DNA of 64,000 nucleotides from Alphaproteobacteria bacterium (GTDB lineage Bacteria; Pseudomonadota; Alphaproteobacteria; UBA828): NCBI GenBank assembly GCA_965214705.1, contig OZ243972.1, positions 2,080,001 to 2,144,000 of the forward strand, read 5' to 3'. Shown piece by piece: positions 60,498 to 64,000 of this stretch (position 1 is its first letter; each line of letters starts with the position of its first letter). The notes under the pieces were generated by a model. It saw only the letters and a program-made list of their open reading frames with translations, ran no database searches and was not told where the DNA came from. The position numbers and the translations under genes were made by a program.

Positions 60498-61219
60498 TAA
60501 CGGGATAGCTGAGGTCGCCCATGAGCAGCGCCCGGCCGGTAGTCGCGCCGTTGTACAGGGAGATCTGGAACGCCAGACTGCAGTCGTTGCGGTCGCCGAA
60601 GCTGTCGTCTTTGAACGGGGCATGTACGAACGCCTCGAATGCATGGGAGACGTCCTCACCATCGAGGGTCGTGATGACCTGGCCCGGTACGGTCAGCAGC
60701 TCTTCCGGAAAGCCGTGGAATTCGGGTTCCTGCAATAATTCGTCGTAACCGATGATGCGAATGCGATCCCCTCGCCCTGGGTCGCCGCGTGCATCGATGG
60801 CGGCTTGGACACGGCGCATCGCCTCGTCGTGAAAGGCTTGCGCGTCGTCGCAGAGGTCGTCGTTCTCGCGGTATTCCCGGAACGTGCGTGGGGACATCCA
60901 GAGCTCGGAGATGATCACGCGCCCGTTCAGTTCCTCGAATCCCTGGCAATGATCGAGGTCTGGGTGAGTGAGCGCGAATACCGACAGGTAGGGCCGGTCG
61001 CCAAGTGTCGGCAAGATGTCGATGAGTTCGTCGATCACCGGCCAGGCCGGGTCATCGCCGTCCTCGGATTTAGCCATGTGGCGCAGGTCGACCTGAAGGT
61101 AGACGGTATCGGCCACCCGGACGGTGGTGCTGTCGCCAGTGCCGACCGGCCAGAAGATGAAGCCTTGGTCAGGGGGTTGGATGGCCATGTGTGGCAGTCC
61201 TTTGGTTTGTTGTCGAACG

Positions 61220-61268
61220 AGCCCATGTTGGGGCTGAAGATTCTCCAAAACCCTACATGTTGGGTTTT
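61220..61268. promoter_or_regulatory. Two palindromic operator-like sites upstream of the MBL gene
   Basis: AAAACCCTACATGTTGGGTTTT (61247..61268) and AGCCCATGTTGGGGCT (61220..61235) share CATGTTGGG. Confidence 0.5.
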
Positions 61269-61588
61269 CCTAGCGGATTTCAAGTGTGACGTTGAAGAGG
61301 CGGGACGGGACCCGGGGCAGTGCTCGAACCATGTCGGCAGGGCGCCGACATCGCAAGGGCGCGGAAGGATATCGGGGCTGGAAACGGAGGAGATACGGGG
61401 GTCGAGGAGGCTGGATCGAGTCCTCGGGCTTGCACAGAAGCGGTTCGCGATGGCAGGCGGGCCGTCTTCGGAGGTGGCGCTAAGCTGTGGGAAGTGTGGC
61501 GAAGACGCTGTTGGAGATGGCCGTGCAGCCGTTGCGACCGCGAACTTTGCCGATTCGGGCACTCGGGCCCAAGCTTCGGATCGCTAGA

Positions 61589-62041
61589 CTACGGATGCGC
61601 CCGATAGCCGGCGGACCCGTCGTCGCCTCCGCGGGTCTCCGGCTCGTCCCCGGCATAGGCATCCAACTCGATCACGTTGCGGTCGGGATCACGGATGAAG
61701 ACTGCGCGCAGATCCTTGAACGGGAACTGGCCGCTCGACGGGATGTCGCGCTCGGCGAGGAAACGCGTGGCGGCGTCGATAGAGGCGACCTTGAACGAGA
61801 CGTGGGTGATTCCGGGGTGCTTTTCGTCCACATCCATGAGAATGTTCCCGTCGTTCGGCGTGTCGGCCGGCCCGAGCAGGTTGAGAACAACACCGCAGGG
61901 ATGCCGCATGATGATTGGATGACGCTTGTCGAATCCCGTGTCGGAGAGCGTCCGGAAGCCCAGCCGTTCGTGGAAGGCGATGGAAACGGACCTGTCGCTG
62001 ACCCGGATGCCGATGTGGTCGACCTTCTCGATCTCAAGCAT
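61589..62041 (-). CDS. VOC/glyoxalase-family protein
   Basis: DHIGIRVSD, THVSFKV, FIRDPDRNVIEL. Confidence 0.9.
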   Translation of the reverse strand: MLEIEKVDHIGIRVSDRSVSIAFHERLGFRTLSDTGFDKRHPIIMRHPCGVVLNLLGPADTPNDGNILMDVDEKHPGITHVSFKVASIDAATRFLAERDIPSSGQFPFKDLRAVFIRDPDRNVIELDAYAGDEPETRGGDDGSAGYRAHP

Positions 62042-62378
62042 TTCGTGGGCGCCCTTGCCTGGCGGGTGGCACTACGCGAAGGGTAGGTGCGCCGGCAGGT
62101 GGCGGAGGGACGCTGCCAGGTCTCGGCCGGCGCGTGCTTTCGGCCTAGTGGCGCTCGTTCAACTCCCGTCTCACTTCATCGGTGTCCACGACGCTTCGCA
62201 GGCCCTTGTCACACGGATCTTGTAGCACGTTCGCGCACCCAGCCATGGGAGGTCGAGCCGAGGGGTGGGAGGCTGTTCTGGTTGACGCCGCAGCGTCCGC
62301 GGTCCGATCAAAGCGCGCCGTGCATGTGCCGGGCGCGGGGCGCGATATTCGACCCAAGACCGTCACCCACCGCAAACC

Positions 62379-63536
62379 TCATGGACAGAGGTACACCGCC
62401 CATTGCTCCATCAGCGCGCGGCGCCGCTCGAACAGGTCCGACCGCGCATAGGCCGCTTCGGTCTTGTTGCGCACCACATGCGCAAGGGCGGCCTCGATCA
62501 CCGCGTGCGGGGCGTCGGACTGCTCGCCGCACCAATCGCGAAACGCCGAGCGCATCCCGTGCGGCGTCGCCTTCGCCTCGCCCAGCCTGCGCATGGTGCG
62601 CAGCAGCGCCATCTGACTCAACTCCGCGCCGCCGGTGCCCGGAAACACCCATTGGGAGCCGTGGCGGGGAAGCCCGCGCACTTCGTCGATAATCGCCACC
62701 GCGCGCTCCGCGAGCGGCACCCGATGCTCCCGCACCATCTTCATCCGAGCCGCGGGCACCGTCCATGTCCGGGTGTCCATGTCCACCTCGTCCCAGGTCA
62801 TCAGCCGCACCTCGCTCGTGCGCGCCGCGGTCAGAGTGAGAAACTCCAGCGCGAGCCGTCGCGGCAGCGGAACCGCCGCTTCTTGCAGGCATACGAGAAA
62901 CGCGCCGACCTGCGCGTACGGCATCGCCTCATGATGTTTCTCTTCCCCCTTGTATCTGGGCAGAACGCTCGTCACGTTCGCCGTCGGGTCGTCCGAGCGA
63001 TGCCCCTCGGCGATTGCCCATTGGAATACCGAGCTCATGCGTTGCAGCACCCGCTTGGCGGTGGGCGGCTTCTCGTTCCACAGCGGCGTGAGCACCAGGA
63101 GCATTTCGCTGGTGGTGAGGGTGTCGACACCTCGGCTTCCGATGTGCGGGAAGACGTAGAGACGCATCGTCTGGCGCCACGAAATCTGCGAAGTCGGGCT
63201 CTTCCATGCCGGAGCCTTCACGGCGAGGACGGCCTCGAACGCCTCCGCGAAGGTTGGCGCGGCCGCGGCGGGCCGGGCGCGCGGGTCGCCGCCGGAACGG
63301 GCGATGCGACGGTTGTCCAGAGCGCGCTCGCGCGCATCGGCTAGCCCTACGAGTGGATAGGCCCCGAGACCGAGGTCGCGGCGCCGGCCGTGGATGACGA
63401 GGCGTTGGACCCAGGATTTCGAGACCCATCGCTTGCGCTCGGAGCGGACGACACGCAGGATCAGTCCATGTTCGTCGTGGTACTTGCCTGGAGCGTTGAC
63501 GGTGCGCACGAAGGCGGCGGTGAGCTGTTTGGCCAA
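62379..63536 (-). CDS. P4-like tyrosine integrase
   Basis: Arm-binding N-terminus (LGLGAYPLVGLADAR), AARTSE, HGMRSAFRDW, LAH, AAYARS. Confidence 0.95.
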   Translation of the reverse strand: MAKQLTAAFVRTVNAPGKYHDEHGLILRVVRSERKRWVSKSWVQRLVIHGRRRDLGLGAYPLVGLADARERALDNRRIARSGGDPRARPAAAAPTFAEAFEAVLAVKAPAWKSPTSQISWRQTMRLYVFPHIGSRGVDTLTTSEMLLVLTPLWNEKPPTAKRVLQRMSSVFQWAIAEGHRSDDPTANVTSVLPRYKGEEKHHEAMPYAQVGAFLVCLQEAAVPLPRRLALEFLTLTAARTSEVRLMTWDEVDMDTRTWTVPAARMKMVREHRVPLAERAVAIIDEVRGLPRHGSQWVFPGTGGAELSQMALLRTMRRLGEAKATPHGMRSAFRDWCGEQSDAPHAVIEAALAHVVRNKTEAAYARSDLFERRRALMEQWAVYLCP

Positions 63537-63539
63537 GAG

Positions 63540-63561
63540 TCTGTCCCTGTTTCTGTCCCAC
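63540..63561. repeat. Tandem TCTGTCCC arm-type sites before the integrase start
   Basis: Direct repeat with a 12-bp period at the position typical for P4-family att arms. Confidence 0.6.
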
Positions 63562-63694
63562 TCAAGAGATGAGACTAGCGGAGCATTTGGGTAACTGCAA
63601 GAACCGCGTTTGGAGATATCCTACTGATAACGTTATATATTATCTGACGCGGGACACGACATGAAACGCCACAGATTCGCGTGATGTGCGCTAG

Positions 63695-64000
63695 CCCGGA
63701 TTTCTCACGAGTATGGTGTGCATCGGGGCTCTGCACGTGCGAAAGCTCTTCTGCAACAAAGACTTCACCGGCTGCAGAGGAGTTCCCCGATGCCCGCAGA
63801 GTGTAGTCCTCCCGCGATGCAGTTTGCACGCCTGAACGGGCGTGATGTGGTGGCCGACTTCGGCGGCGGGGTGATGACCTCGGACGCGGGCGCCCTGCTG
63901 CTAGGCGCCACGGACCGGGCGATCGGACTGGTGGATTGCTTCGCCGCCTGCTTCTCGGACGGGCGCGCGGCCTCTCGTGTGGTGCACGACGTTGCCACCC
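63695..64000 (+). mobile_element. IS1380-family element, 5' part (transposase starts at 63790 and runs off the window)
   Basis: MPAECS...VVADFGGGVMTSDAGALLLGATDRAIGL; GAGGAG RBS; left end approximate. Confidence 0.85.

Larger units (their letters stand above)
57050..61188 (-). pseudogene. ComEC-like MBL-fold hydrolase (384 aa restored), interrupted by a composite insertion
   Basis: VGTGDS, THPDLDHCQG, NDCS, LMGD, APHHCS; 61188..60498 joins 57513..57050 in frame (DLSYPV-IRRIFDRS); AAGGA RBS. Confidence 0.92.

Overview
A GC-rich, IS-saturated accessory region, probably a P4-type integrative island plus a serine-recombinase module. I found no rRNA, tRNA or CRISPR array. Mobile elements: five IS1634-family copies, four 2666-bp IS91-like elements carrying a tyrosine recombinase, three IS1595-family elements (one with cargo), two 167-bp MITEs, and one each of IS5, IS1182-like and IS1380 (partial). 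Removing these by their terminal repeats and target duplications restores several hidden genes exactly in frame. The main one is a two-gene operon (61188->48733, minus strand): a 384-aa ComEC-type metallo-beta-lactamase (MBL) with a CD-NTase-like ...GFG-RGRQ tail, followed by one 1166-aa polypeptide fusing E2, E1 (ThiF), JAB and a patatin phospholipase. It is a candidate ubiquitin-like-conjugation defence system with a built-in membrane-lysis effector and no cyclase in view. Other cargo: a broken metallophosphoesterase-STAND gene, an intact membrane protein + MBL pair, an array of Cro-Cro-Xis paralogues, a triple cold-shock protein and toxin-antitoxin genes. All family calls come from motif recognition by eye; no searches were run.
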